Shown piece by piece: positions 39,160 through 48,104 of a stretch of DNA of 55,442 nt. The stretch comes from a virus (taxonomy: Duplodnaviria; Caudoviricetes): positions 1 through 55,442 of IMG/VR virus record IMGVR_UViG_3300027859_000018; one strand, written 5' to 3'. Under the pieces are notes generated by a model. The model was not told the DNA's origin. It ran no database searches and worked only from the letters and a program-made list of their open reading frames with translations. The position numbers and the translations under genes were made by a program. The number at the start of each line of letters is the position of its first letter. The first letter of the stretch is position 1.

Positions 39160-40874
39160 GGCATTGGTTCATCTTCACCCACAGCGGCAACATAATGCGG
39201 TATAAAACAACCTGAGCGTGGTTCCCACGTAAAGTGTGCTTCAGCGCCATTTTCACCAAGATTTTGAAACTTAACTTTTAAAACTTTTGCTTTAACCGTT
39301 TTGTTTTCATAATCTCTATGAACTAATATACCGTGATAACTTGCATCATACCATTCGCCGCCACCCTTTATGTTATACATATTAGGCTCTTCAATTTTAC
39401 CATCGCTGCCTTTATACATTTTAGTTGGATGCGCAACTATAAATACTAATACATCAAACTTCTTTGCAAACGTTTCAATCTTAGTAAGATATTCCATTGT
39501 ATATCTATTTACATCTTCAGTCTTAGCATCTATATCTCTAATCTTATTAAATGGGTCTATAACTAAGCATTTGATACCTTTACGTTTAACTAATTCTGCA
39601 CCTTTACGTAATACTGTTTCAAGAGTATAACGTTCCATGTCAATAAAGAAAAAGTTATCGTTAACGTGTTCTGCTACCTGTTTCCATTTAGCTGTACCAA
39701 TATCTGATTTACTTGGCATATCCTGCCATACTTTACGCATTAACTTATGAGCGTGTAAAAATGTAGGAGCATTTTCAGGTGAAGCAAATGCTGTTTTCCA
39801 ACCGTAATTACTATTATAGCCTACAACCATTTGATCAACAAAATCAGACTTACCGCTACTAGGTATGCCAGTAACAGTGATGAACTGACCAGTGTATGTA
39901 CTGAATATGTTGTCAAAATTTTCGAGACCGACTTGAAAACCTTTTTTGAAACCGTGTTGTACAAAGTCTGTAACTTCATGTTCTATGTCTTTAAAAGTTG
40001 TAACATTTTCAAGAGGAACAGGTCTACATTCTTTTATTGTATTAATTAACGCATCTTTACCATATTTAAGTAAATACTCATTAGCGTCTTTACAATCTAC
40101 AAAATTAGTTAAGTAACAAACTTCTGCTCCTAGCCTTCGTATTAATTCATTTTGTAATGCAACACCAGCATCATCTTGATCAACTGCTAATATTATTTTT
40201 TCTTTATCTTCAAAATAATCTATACAGTTATCTAAATAATCTAAATTGTTATGATTTAATGTAGCTCCGTTTGGTACAGATATTACATTAGTTATTCCAG
40301 CTTCATGATATGCTAACGCATCCATTTCACCTTCAACAATAACACATGTATCATAACCTACAATGCTATTGATATTATAAAAGACTTTCTCAGCACCTTT
40401 ATATAATTTAAAGTTCTTTCGTCCGTCTCTGTATTTAATATTGATAAGCTCATCACCTATCATATAGTTGAACTTAATTGTATTTTCAACCTTGCCAGTT
40501 TGTGGCATGAATTCTGGTCCTTCTGATACATTCATTTCTTCTAATGTATCTTTGAAGATGCCTCGCTGTTCAAACCATTCAATTACTTTACTACCTATTG
40601 CTTTATGTGTTTTAGTAGAAAAATCTGGTTTAACGTATTCTCTATCTCCGCCGCCTTTGCGTTGATAAGTATGTAATTGAAATGTTGAGTCACAGTTGTG
40701 GCAAGTACCAAGACCACGATCCCAATCATAGCTAGCGCATTTTGCTTTTCTATTTTCAGGTTTACGGTTATGTGAACACAGGGGACAAATCCCCTGCGTT
40801 GCACCAACCTTCAAATCGTGCTGGTTAAACTGGTCGATTAAAAATCCATTAATCTCCGTATTGTTTACTTGCAT
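39147..40874 (-). CDS. Primase-helicase (T7 gp4/Twinkle-like)
   Basis: Zn finger CPLC...CHNC, TOPRIM VEGEMD and D-x-D, Walker A GIPSSGKS, VAHP. Confidence 0.92.
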   Translation of the reverse strand: MQVNNTEINGFLIDQFNQHDLKVGATQGICPLCSHNRKPENRKAKCASYDWDRGLGTCHNCDSTFQLHTYQRKGGGDREYVKPDFSTKTHKAIGSKVIEWFEQRGIFKDTLEEMNVSEGPEFMPQTGKVENTIKFNYMIGDELINIKYRDGRKNFKLYKGAEKVFYNINSIVGYDTCVIVEGEMDALAYHEAGITNVISVPNGATLNHNNLDYLDNCIDYFEDKEKIILAVDQDDAGVALQNELIRRLGAEVCYLTNFVDCKDANEYLLKYGKDALINTIKECRPVPLENVTTFKDIEHEVTDFVQHGFKKGFQVGLENFDNIFSTYTGQFITVTGIPSSGKSDFVDQMVVGYNSNYGWKTAFASPENAPTFLHAHKLMRKVWQDMPSKSDIGTAKWKQVAEHVNDNFFFIDMERYTLETVLRKGAELVKRKGIKCLVIDPFNKIRDIDAKTEDVNRYTMEYLTKIETFAKKFDVLVFIVAHPTKMYKGSDGKIEEPNMYNIKGGGEWYDASYHGILVHRDYENKTVKAKVLKVKFQNLGENGAEAHFTWEPRSGCFIPHYVAAVGEDEPMPWEA

Positions 40875-40884
40875 TGATTTCTAT

Positions 40885-41199
40885 TTAAAATGGTAAATCA
40901 TCAACTGGTTGAACCGCTGCAGGCTGTGCTGCTACGGCTGGTTGATCTTCTCTCGGAGCAACGTTAACGTTATCTCCATTAGTCCATACAACTTGAACAT
41001 TACCTAAATAAACTTTAGCAGTTTTAGAATCTCTTTCCTCTTTTGTTTGTGAAACAACAACAGGACCTTGATTACCAAACTGATCAACTTCATCATTTAA
41101 TGTTAAAGTTATCGGTAAGTATTTACCTTTCTTACCTTCGATAATTTTATCTTTAGGTATCATGTTAAGGTTAATACTAGTTTTAATAATACTTGCCAT
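40885..41199 (-). CDS. Single-stranded DNA-binding protein
   Basis: OB-like core, YLGN, acidic tail ending DDLPF. Confidence 0.7.
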   Translation of the reverse strand: MASIIKTSINLNMIPKDKIIEGKKGKYLPITLTLNDEVDQFGNQGPVVVSQTKEERDSKTAKVYLGNVQVVWTNGDNVNVAPREDQPAVAAQPAAVQPVDDLPF

Positions 41200-41200
41200 A

Positions 41201-41368
41201 TTAATATGTTTGTAATTGATTAAACATTCTAGTCAACTGAGTTTTATTAGCACCCGTTGCTCTTCTCAAGTTATCTACAGCTTTTACATGTGATTGATTA
41301 CCGTAAAAGTTGTTAGTACTTGTTGTCATTCCTGTAATTGTACAGGTTCTTGTTCTTGTTCTTGCCAT
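41201..41368 (-). CDS. 55-aa hypothetical protein
   Basis: MARTRTRTCTITGMTTSTNNFYGNQSHVKAVDNLRRATGANKTQLTRMFNQLQTY. Confidence 0.6.
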   Translation of the reverse strand: MARTRTRTCTITGMTTSTNNFYGNQSHVKAVDNLRRATGANKTQLTRMFNQLQTY

Positions 41369-41375
41369 AATAAAA

Positions 41376-42107
41376 TTAAAGTGTTAAATTAATAAAATAT
41401 TGCGAAGGTTCGAAACCTTCAGTTTTGTAGAATAAATCGTAAGCTTCTACTGCTCTTTTAACCTTGTCTTTACCTGACTCATAAAAATCAGGCGAACAAT
41501 CTACAACTGCTATTTGATGAGTATTTTTATCAATAGCAATAAATACAAATTCATAACCAAATAATTTACTATAAATATATGCTTGAGAATCGTAATTCCA
41601 ACGGTACGCAGATCGCTTGAAAGAATTAATATCTGAGGTAGTCTTCAAGTCAATCACAAGTTTATCATCGTGATTTACTATATCAGCTTTACCTTTCCAC
41701 ATTGTTCCTTCAAGCTCTGCAATACCTGGCTTCTCATACTCAACATCAATGCCGCGAATAAGTTCACGACATATATCATTTTTTAATAATTTATCAGTCA
41801 TCAATTCTATCTGGTCAACTTCATGTTGTAATAAACATAGTTCACCACCAGACATTTCTTTATAAGCCTTAGTGTTCCTAGTTGACGAAGGTATTACTCG
41901 GTATTTCTTCAACTTATTTGGTTCAAGTATAGCGGTGTGAAAATATCCGCCAACAAGAAACGCTGGGCTAGGCTTAGATTGTTCTCCAAGCGCTAAAGGG
42001 TTGGTTAGCAAAGTTTTTATGTCGCTATTACTAAGATATTGTTTACCAAAGTCTCCGTAATAGTGCTCATCATTTCTAAGCTTTTCAATAACCTTTTCTT
42101 TTTTCAT
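41376..42107 (-). CDS. RecE/exonuclease VIII-like PD-(D/E)xK nuclease
   Basis: LSNSDIK, G-x-x-FH-x-x-ILEP, KGKAD...IDLKTT, Y-x-x-QA-x-x-Y. Confidence 0.82.
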   Translation of the reverse strand: MKKEKVIEKLRNDEHYYGDFGKQYLSNSDIKTLLTNPLALGEQSKPSPAFLVGGYFHTAILEPNKLKKYRVIPSSTRNTKAYKEMSGGELCLLQHEVDQIELMTDKLLKNDICRELIRGIDVEYEKPGIAELEGTMWKGKADIVNHDDKLVIDLKTTSDINSFKRSAYRWNYDSQAYIYSKLFGYEFVFIAIDKNTHQIAVVDCSPDFYESGKDKVKRAVEAYDLFYKTEGFEPSQYFINLTL

Positions 42108-42137
42108 TATCCGTATTGGTTCGTATTAGGCTTGTAA
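42106..42137 (-). promoter_or_regulatory. Tripartite motif copy (TTAC-N6-AAYACGA-N8-GGATAAT)
   Basis: Exact spacing shared with eight other copies; overlaps the annotated ATG of the nuclease gene. Confidence 0.55.
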
Positions 42138-42668
42138 TAATTTATCTTCTTGTGCAGAAGTCAAATCATATTTAGCTTTGATAGCTTCTATTTTACCACC
42201 TGCTTTTATATAATCAATTGCTTTTTGAACGTCAGCAAGTTTTTGTTTTGAAACAACTTTACTTACTGATGCCTTACCATGATTATTTGTAGCGTCGCTA
42301 TCTTGTGTATCATCTATTAATAATAGATTGCCTAACGCATATTTCTTAGCATAGCTCGACGCACTACCAAACTGTTGTGGTGTTTGCATACCTTTTTGAT
42401 TAAGGTCTACACCCACTATTGCGACAGCAGATATTTCCATACCTTTTTCATCAATCAACTTTGCAGTTGTTTTAATTATAGGCATAGGGTCAGTAGCAAT
42501 TAATTTTTCATTAATTGTAACCGCAACTCCAATCTCTAATAGATAGGGTTTAATTGCTTCGAGAATGTCTTCGGCACTGCGAAAGTAATATTTGCCGAAT
42601 GAATTAAATCTACTCTTCTTCGATTTAAATTTTGTTTGAATGGTTGCTAACTTCTGGTTTATGGTCAT
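42126..42668 (-). CDS. ERF-family single-strand annealing protein
   Basis: FNSFGKY-x-FRS-x-EDI...KP...Q-x-x-GSASSYA-x-KYAL-x-x-L-x-x-IDD-x-x-D-x-D. Confidence 0.88.
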   Translation of the reverse strand: MTINQKLATIQTKFKSKKSRFNSFGKYYFRSAEDILEAIKPYLLEIGVAVTINEKLIATDPMPIIKTTAKLIDEKGMEISAVAIVGVDLNQKGMQTPQQFGSASSYAKKYALGNLLLIDDTQDSDATNNHGKASVSKVVSKQKLADVQKAIDYIKAGGKIEAIKAKYDLTSAQEDKLLQA

Positions 42669-42670
42669 AA

Positions 42671-42684
42671 TAATATAATTACAT
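42671..42684 (-). promoter_or_regulatory. Putative late/middle promoter box
   Basis: Reverse complement ATGTAATTATATTA just before the ERF start and right after the sigma gene. Confidence 0.45.
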
Positions 42685-42722
42685 ATTTTTAATTAAACTT
42701 AAACGGTTATATTCACCGTAAC

Positions 42723-43487
42723 TTAAAGGTAATCAAGCACTTGCGAGCTATCTACATTGTCTATTAATACTTGTATTGCATCACGTTTTATCTGTGAAAT
42801 ACGTACGTGAGCAGTGTTAACATTAATATCTAATTTAGCCGCAACTTCATTAGCCGAATGCTTATCACAGTCAAGTCCAAAGCTTAACCTAAGCACTTCA
42901 TATTGTTGTATGTTTAAATACTTTTTCATTAACTGTAATAAATAAGCATTTAATAAACCTATATTATATGGTTCTGACTTATCTACAACTTGATAAGCCA
43001 TATTTTCATTTTGATTAGGGTTAGCATCAATACTAGAAAATACACTATTAAAAAACATTGCAACCATTTTTTCATCTTTTGGATTGCGTCTTATTTCATT
43101 TAGCTTATGTTCTGGTATGCGTATGTCGCCTCTGTTAATATCTACGGCTCTACGTATCGCGCCCTTTATTCTTTTTGATATAAATGATTTTAAAGTTTTT
43201 TCTTGGTCATCAGACTTCTTTAATGTGTCTCGGTCTAATTTATTAACAGCAGCACATAATCCTAAATTACCTTCCTGTAATAAATCATTTATACTTAATA
43301 CACCTGACGCTTGGTCTGAGGTGGATTGTTTTCTCGCTAGTGTTTCAACAAGCGGTAAAAAGTTAATAGTTATTTCTTCGTCATTTAAAAATGTATAATC
43401 TCCATCAACTGGTTTTCTAACTTTTTCCAGTTTAGCTTTTACATCTTCTTTATATCTAACGTAGTTAGCTATGTTATACTTTCTCAT
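42723..43487 (-). CDS. Phage-encoded sigma70-family factor
   Basis: Region 2 DLLQEGNLGL-x-x-AV...RI-x-x-AI, IRIP-x-H, region 4 VL-x-L-x-FGL...EVA...RISQI. Confidence 0.85.
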   Translation of the reverse strand: MRKYNIANYVRYKEDVKAKLEKVRKPVDGDYTFLNDEEITINFLPLVETLARKQSTSDQASGVLSINDLLQEGNLGLCAAVNKLDRDTLKKSDDQEKTLKSFISKRIKGAIRRAVDINRGDIRIPEHKLNEIRRNPKDEKMVAMFFNSVFSSIDANPNQNENMAYQVVDKSEPYNIGLLNAYLLQLMKKYLNIQQYEVLRLSFGLDCDKHSANEVAAKLDINVNTAHVRISQIKRDAIQVLIDNVDSSQVLDYL

Positions 43488-44094
43488 TTAGTATTTGTTT
43501 TTCTTTTTTTAAATCTACACACATATTTCTATGCACTGTTCGTGTAGTGCAGTTCAATGCTAAAGCAATATTACTTATAGTAATCTTATTACCCCAATTA
43601 TTTATATCAAGCATTGCACCGTAAATAGCTTCTTTAGTAATTTTTTTTCCTCTTCCTATTAATTTGCCTACAATACTTAGCTTTTCACTTAAAGTTAAAT
43701 GCCATGATTTAGGTTTAAATATAACTTTACGTATTCTATTACGAGGTGGAGTATCACCAACACCTAATACTTCTTTTATCATGCTGTGCAACACTTTACT
43801 TTTAATAAAGAAAGTTACAAAGCCATTATCTTTATCAGCTAAGAAATGACATATAGCTGCAAATTCTACGTCTAGTAAATTATCATTTAAATATCTTAAA
43901 ACTAACATGTGCCATTTAAGAGATTTATATGTAGTAATCTTTGCTTTACTTCTAAATAAACTATAACATTCATATGTACCTTCTGCGTAGTAATCATATA
44001 GATCAGTACTTTCGGTTGGCACATCTGTGATAGGATTTCTAGCATATATAACTCTTCTATCATGCAGCCACTTTAAATTTCTTTCTTGTGACAT
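43474..44094 (-). CDS. Protein with C-terminal HTH (putative replication initiator or regulator)
   Basis: C-terminal ITISNIALALNCTTRTVHRNM HTH; helical middle domain. Confidence 0.6.
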   Translation of the reverse strand: MSQERNLKWLHDRRVIYARNPITDVPTESTDLYDYYAEGTYECYSLFRSKAKITTYKSLKWHMLVLRYLNDNLLDVEFAAICHFLADKDNGFVTFFIKSKVLHSMIKEVLGVGDTPPRNRIRKVIFKPKSWHLTLSEKLSIVGKLIGRGKKITKEAIYGAMLDINNWGNKITISNIALALNCTTRTVHRNMCVDLKKEKQILNEKV

Positions 44095-44132
44095 TTGCTT
44101 ATTACTAAATATTATTTTTTAGCTTTTGTCGC
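44088..44132. promoter_or_regulatory. Dyad site GTGACA-N33-TGTCGC, copy 1
   Basis: Overlaps the start codon of the HTH gene; shares TGACATTT and TAGCTTTTGTC with 49820-49864. Confidence 0.6.
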
Positions 44133-44222
44133 TCTTCGCTTTCTAAGCTTATTTATTTTATCTCTTAAACCAAACAGGTTCACCTGTATTTGATGCTTTA
44201 TATGTTTTCTTATTTTGCTCAT
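44112..44222 (-). CDS. 36-aa basic peptide
   Basis: MSKIRKHIKHQIQVNLFGLRDKINKLRKRRATKAKK. Confidence 0.5.
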   Translation of the reverse strand: MSKIRKHIKHQIQVNLFGLRDKINKLRKRRATKAKK

Positions 44223-44223
44223 A

Positions 44224-44403
44224 TTAAGGTCCTTCTATTATCATATCAATTTCTGTGCCGGAATAACAATCTTTTTCAGGCCAATTCAGCCATCTATTAG
44301 TTATTTCAATATGTTCATCAGTCGGTAAGCCTACCGCCCATATCATAGTAGCTATAGAGCTAGTGCACGCTACGGTAGCCAGAATAATACCGGTCCATAA
44401 CAT
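44224..44403 (-). CDS. Small membrane protein (likely start MLWTGII)
   Basis: Hydrophobic N-terminus; upstream part of the ORF-track call overlaps the previous gene. Confidence 0.5.
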   Translation of the reverse strand: MLWTGIILATVACTSSIATMIWAVGLPTDEHIEITNRWLNWPEKDCYSGTEIDMIIEGP

Positions 44404-44875
44404 CTGTCGGAACTGTTTTAAAAGTGTATGGTATTTCATTTTTATTACAAATTTTTCGTTTATCAATAATATAATATCGCCAATAACCGTGTATAGCATT
44501 AGACCGTTTGAACTCGTCTGGCATACACTGCGGCGGTTGTTTATATTCTATAGTTGGCATACCCTCAGGGTGCCTCATCAATGGCTCAGCACATTTAGTA
44601 ATTGTTAAATGTATTTTGCCATATCGTTTAGTATATTCATTACCTAAAGCTAACATATGTTCGTATAGCCAATAGTAATGGTGTGTATTTTCTCTAACCC
44701 AAATACTTGACGGATGATTTAAATGTGCAGTCTTATAAGGGACATTTTCATTTCCATAATATCTATGCGCAGTACAAAGCATCTGAGCTGATTCTAAAAT
44801 CATTTTTACTTTATGCTTATCGTATACATAGCTAGCTGCTAAGTGTGGGTCTTCGTGTAAATAAAATATATTCAT
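44360..44875 (-). CDS. Pyrimidine-dimer DNA glycosylase (DenV)-like protein
   Basis: MNIFYL...DKH-x-VKMILESAQML-x-TAH...H-x-NHP...EY-x-x-RYGK-x-H...PQCMP. Confidence 0.72.
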   Translation of the reverse strand: MNIFYLHEDPHLAASYVYDKHKVKMILESAQMLCTAHRYYGNENVPYKTAHLNHPSSIWVRENTHHYYWLYEHMLALGNEYTKRYGKIHLTITKCAEPLMRHPEGMPTIEYKQPPQCMPDEFKRSNAIHGYWRYYIIDKRKICNKNEIPYTFKTVPTDVMDRYYSGYRSVH

Positions 44876-44961
44876 TCTTCGTTAATTAAATAAGTTGCCA
44901 TTAATAACATAATTAATGCAAATACTGCTAATACTATTGTAGCTTCTAATTCTACACTCAT
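44872..44961 (-). CDS. 29-aa single-TM peptide
   Basis: MSVELEATIVLAVFALIMLLMATYLINEE with ATGA overlaps at both ends. Confidence 0.55.
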   Translation of the reverse strand: MSVELEATIVLAVFALIMLLMATYLINEE

Positions 44962-45239
44962 AATTTCTTTTTTAAATAATCAATTCTTTTTTTAATTACT
45001 CCAGCATGTTCATACTCTTCAGTTTCTTCATACTTTTTCATTACTATTTCTAATTGCTTTATTTCATCTCTTATTACATCTGTAGATGAAGTAAAAGTTA
45101 AATGTGAAAATCTATCTTCTTTAACTTCCTTTTGTCGCAAGACATCAGCTCCGTAAGTAGCTGTTTCAGGATTAATAAATTCGTCATATAAATCTTCTTT
45201 TATACGATTATACAACGCTTGATATTCTTCTTCACTCAT
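44958..45239 (-). CDS. Hypothetical protein with C-terminal UVR-like coiled coil (likely start MSEEE)
   Basis: EEYEHAGVIKKRI resembles the UvrB/C motif; the upstream Met lies inside a promoter-motif copy. Confidence 0.6.
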   Translation of the reverse strand: MSEEEYQALYNRIKEDLYDEFINPETATYGADVLRQKEVKEDRFSHLTFTSSTDVIRDEIKQLEIVMKKYEETEEYEHAGVIKKRIDYLKKKL

Positions 45240-45245
45240 ATTTAT

Positions 45246-45277
45246 ATTATCCATATTGATTCGTATTTAGCTTGTAA
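45246..45277 (-). promoter_or_regulatory. Tripartite motif copy
   Basis: ATTATCC-atattgat-TCGTATT-tagctt-GTAA on + strand. Confidence 0.75.
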
Positions 45278-45737
45278 AATTAGGGTCTTCACATTTCATT
45301 AATCTAGTTTTACCATTAGCAAAGTCTGTATAATCCATATCTTCTGTGTACTTTTCAAGTATTTGCTCGGGTGTCATAACAAATACACACTGCTCTGTAT
45401 ATCTGTCGTGACAAGCAATCATAGTTTTATCTCTATCACCAGCCCATATAATATATGTATATTGATGGTCTATATTGTCTACGTCTGCATATAAATAGCA
45501 ACTGTCGTAGTAATGGTCGTGCACTAGCTTAGCCGCCATTGCTGAACCATCTTGTCTGTTATTTACTTTTAACCAGTTTGCTAATTGTACTGCTTGCCAT
45601 TCCGGATAACCATCATGGTGTAAATACATATGCACATAACTGTGTTTAGTAACGTCTTCAGGTGATATAGATAATCCTTTGCCTTCACCTCTTGCATGTC
45701 GTCTATCAACGACCATTGTTAAGTTTCTTGTTGCCAT
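45267..45737 (-). CDS. Phage protein with Y-x-H-x-DGYPE motif (likely start MATR)
   Basis: MATR...YLHHDGYPE...YTY pattern of a widespread uncharacterised phage family. Confidence 0.7.
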   Translation of the reverse strand: MATRNLTMVVDRRHARGEGKGLSISPEDVTKHSYVHMYLHHDGYPEWQAVQLANWLKVNNRQDGSAMAAKLVHDHYYDSCYLYADVDNIDHQYTYIIWAGDRDKTMIACHDRYTEQCVFVMTPEQILEKYTEDMDYTDFANGKTRLMKCEDPNFTS

Positions 45738-45738
45738 A

Positions 45739-46191
45739 TTATTCTTCGTATTCGTGACCGTCGTCAACTAATTCATCAATTTTATCTTGATGTAAATCGT
45801 CATATACATCAGACCACCATTGTTCTAATTCAAGGGTGAAGTCATGTTCCATATCATCCCATAGATGAGGTTCAATCCATATATTTCCACCCTGTATCAT
45901 ATGTTCAACAGCTTGCTCAGACCATGCTTGATAGTCTTCATAATAATAACCGTCTTGACATACGTAAGGTTTTTCATCTTGAGTACACCAGTATATATCG
46001 TAACCATCACATGTTGATTCACTATATATTTTTAAGTCATGCTTGTTATCAAGCCAATCACTGGTGTTATCCATATGACCACCATATTCTGAGCCAATAT
46101 ATTCTATAATCCAGTTGGCGTCTGGTTCTTGCATAATGCCGTCTTCGTTTAGTTTTTCAACGACATCATCGTAATTTAATTTTTCACTCAT
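45739..46191 (-). CDS. Highly acidic hypothetical protein
   Basis: Asp/Glu/aromatic-rich 150 aa. Confidence 0.7.
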   Translation of the reverse strand: MSEKLNYDDVVEKLNEDGIMQEPDANWIIEYIGSEYGGHMDNTSDWLDNKHDLKIYSESTCDGYDIYWCTQDEKPYVCQDGYYYEDYQAWSEQAVEHMIQGGNIWIEPHLWDDMEHDFTLELEQWWSDVYDDLHQDKIDELVDDGHEYEE

Positions 46192-46448
46192 AATTTATAA
46201 TTTAATTTAATTCCGTCTTTTTCGATTAAGCTTAATAAATATTTGTAAAGCTCACGCTCTTGTCTACAACCAGCTAACACTTGCTCGTGTAACTCTCTGG
46301 GTATGAAGGGGTTATAGCTTTCATTTTTTAAGTCTAGTTCTTGTTCAGCAATTTTTCTGTCAAGACCTTTAATCGTTGCCCACATTTTTGTGTGTGCTTT
46401 TTCTTTTATTATATCACTTGTTTTCATCAATTCTATTATCCGTTCCAT
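46188..46448 (-). CDS. Hypothetical protein (true start possibly MKTSD)
   Basis: ORF; its 5' part overlaps a promoter-motif copy. Confidence 0.6.
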   Translation of the reverse strand: MERIIELMKTSDIIKEKAHTKMWATIKGLDRKIAEQELDLKNESYNPFIPRELHEQVLAGCRQERELYKYLLSLIEKDGIKLNYKL

Positions 46449-46466
46449 ATCGTTTTTAGTCTGTAA
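46435..46466 (-). promoter_or_regulatory. Tripartite motif copy
   Basis: ATTATCC-gttccata-TCGTTTT-tagtct-GTAA. Confidence 0.7.
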
Positions 46467-46617
46467 TAATTTCAGGATTATCAGTTGCCATCCATTCTAT
46501 ATTACTAAGTGAATGACCTTGCGAAGAAATGTAATCTTCTTCGTTCATACTTATACTCCTCATGTCGTATCTATAGACTTGGCCGTCTATAAAATCTAAT
46601 ACAAATATATATTTCAT
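46456..46617 (-). CDS. 53-aa hypothetical protein (start MKYIFV)
   Basis: The longer ORF-track start runs through the tRNA; ATG 46617 has an A-rich leader. Confidence 0.65.
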   Translation of the reverse strand: MKYIFVLDFIDGQVYRYDMRSISMNEEDYISSQGHSLSNIEWMATDNPEIITD

Positions 46618-46631
46618 AATTTTAATTTTAG

Positions 46632-46703
<72 letters not shown>

Positions 46704-47097
46704 ATATTTAGACCCTGCGGAATTTTACCGCGACCACGTTTGAACCACGTTGCTAAACTTACTGGTCTGTGTAACAAACAAACACAATATTATGAGTGAG
46801 GCGGACAGGACTGGAATGTTAGAGATGCCCCGCGCCTAGCGGGAACGACTTACACTCTTTTATCTGTTTATCCTGTCTTTCTTACCGTCATCGAGCCTCT
46901 CTTTGCAACCCCGTCGGGTACTACACGCCAACGACCACGCATTTGTGGGTACGACGTCGAGCCTTTAATCTGGTCTTCCAACCTTAAACCTCACTCCGCA
47001 ATTCGAGTCGCTCATAGCTTCACGTAACACATCCCACACTCTTTCAGTGGTTCGAAACATACTTCGCTAGCGGTGCGCTTCTATTGCAATTCGTTCA
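46704..47097 (-). ncRNA. Candidate large structured ncRNA (core 46794-46996)
   Basis: ORF-free, GC-rich, promoter-motif copy directly upstream, nested complementary segments (GAGTGAGG/CCTCACTC, GACAGGA/TCCTGTC, CCCGC/GCGGG, CCAC/GTGG). Confidence 0.7.
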
Positions 47098-47102
47098 TAT
47101 AT

Positions 47103-47134
47103 ATTATCCGTTATACTTCGTATTTAGTTTGTGA
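47103..47134 (-). promoter_or_regulatory. Tripartite motif copy upstream of the ncRNA-tRNA unit
   Basis: ATTATCC-gttatact-TCGTATT-tagttt-GTGA. Confidence 0.75.
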
Positions 47135-47298
47135 ACAACTCGCTGGCGGATATGATGTATAGCATCGGTGAAATCGTCGCCGTCTAGCTTATCTACAATC
47201 GTATCATCTACCGCCCATGCAATATTGTGGTCTATTAGCTCATCTAATACTTCTACCACACAATCTGCGATATGTTCTAACTCTTTCATTTTACTCAT
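47104..47298 (-). CDS. Hypothetical early protein
   Basis: 64-aa ORF coupled to the upstream gene. Confidence 0.65.
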   Translation of the reverse strand: MSKMKELEHIADCVVEVLDELIDHNIAWAVDDTIVDKLDGDDFTDAIHHIRQRVVHKLNTKYNG

Positions 47299-47518
47299 CT
47301 TTATTTGTGTATATTGGTTTATTTATTTTTCTTACTATAATTTCCATAGTCCATGACCCATCTTCTTGTATACCAAGTATTTCAAATTTACCTGTATTCA
47401 TTACTTTAGTAATTTTACCTCCAATATCCGATCGAAACGGTATAGTTACAATTTCGCATTCTTCAGTTATTGGCTTTACTAAATCATTTGGGCTTCTCAT
47501 AAATGTAAATGTTCTCAT
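47291..47518 (-). CDS. Hypothetical early protein (likely start MRTFTF)
   Basis: ATGA overlap with the upstream gene at 47515-47518. Confidence 0.6.
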   Translation of the reverse strand: MRTFTFMRSPNDLVKPITEECEIVTIPFRSDIGGKITKVMNTGKFEILGIQEDGSWTMEIIVRKINKPIYTNKDE

Positions 47519-47736
47519 AATGTTTCGTATTCTTTTAATTCGTCTTGTATTGTTAATTTTAATTCTTTCGCAACATAGTTTATATGTTTCGTAGTAGTAA
47601 CAGAAGAGGACATACCGTGTACTCTCCATTTTACTTTATATAATTTATCACCGTCTATTTCGGCTACTAAAGTATCATAGGAATATACATTATTACCTAT
47701 TACTTTTAAATTCATTTTATATCTTTCTAATCTCAT
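47515..47736 (-). CDS. Small early phage protein (VYSY-x-T-x-VA...S-x-TT-x-KHINY)
   Basis: Recognisable motif of an uncharacterised phage family. Confidence 0.7.
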   Translation of the reverse strand: MRLERYKMNLKVIGNNVYSYDTLVAEIDGDKLYKVKWRVHGMSSSVTTTKHINYVAKELKLTIQDELKEYETL

Positions 47737-47746
47737 AGTATATAGT

Positions 47747-47917
47747 TTAATAGCAAATGTCGCACGGTATATGTACGTTGTTTACTTGTCCAGTTATTAA
47801 TAAAAATAGCATATAACCTATTCCTGTAAATGCCATTGTTCCTAGCGAGATAATAAATGCATGAATCATTACGTTACCTATTTTTGCTAATGTTAAGTGT
47901 TTAAATATTTGTTTCAT
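47747..47917 (-). CDS. 56-aa membrane peptide, paralog of 50450-50620
   Basis: MKQIFKHLTLAKIGNVMIHAFIISLGTMAFTGIGYMLFLLITGQVNNVHIPCDICY. Confidence 0.65.
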   Translation of the reverse strand: MKQIFKHLTLAKIGNVMIHAFIISLGTMAFTGIGYMLFLLITGQVNNVHIPCDICY

Positions 47918-48104
47918 CTTTTTCTATTCTTTTTACCAATCCTCTGATTGCGTTAATAAAATCGTCTGCGTTATCTTCTTTTCTTCTTTGATAATTGCTA
48001 TAGTTTAATGTACCGTTAGCTCTCATCTCGGTGAACACAGCTTCACCTTGTTCGTATTGGGTTAAAGCTTGCGCTAGTTCCAGTATTATATTTATTTTTG
48101 TCAT
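47901..48104 (-). CDS. Hypothetical early protein
   Basis: 67-aa ORF with ATGA coupling. Confidence 0.65.
   Translation of the reverse strand: MTKINIILELAQALTQYEQGEAVFTEMRANGTLNYSNYQRRKEDNADDFINAIRGLVKRIEKDETNI

Noticed and set aside
46704-47097. tmRNA, RNase P RNA or group I intron identity for the non-coding region
   Set aside because: No tRNA-Ala-like ends or tag ORF, no GAGGAAAGUCC-type RNase P signature, and no interrupted gene
47423-47454. Possible tenth copy of the tripartite motif (AATATCC...CGGTATA)
   Set aside because: Mismatches in all three boxes and located mid-gene
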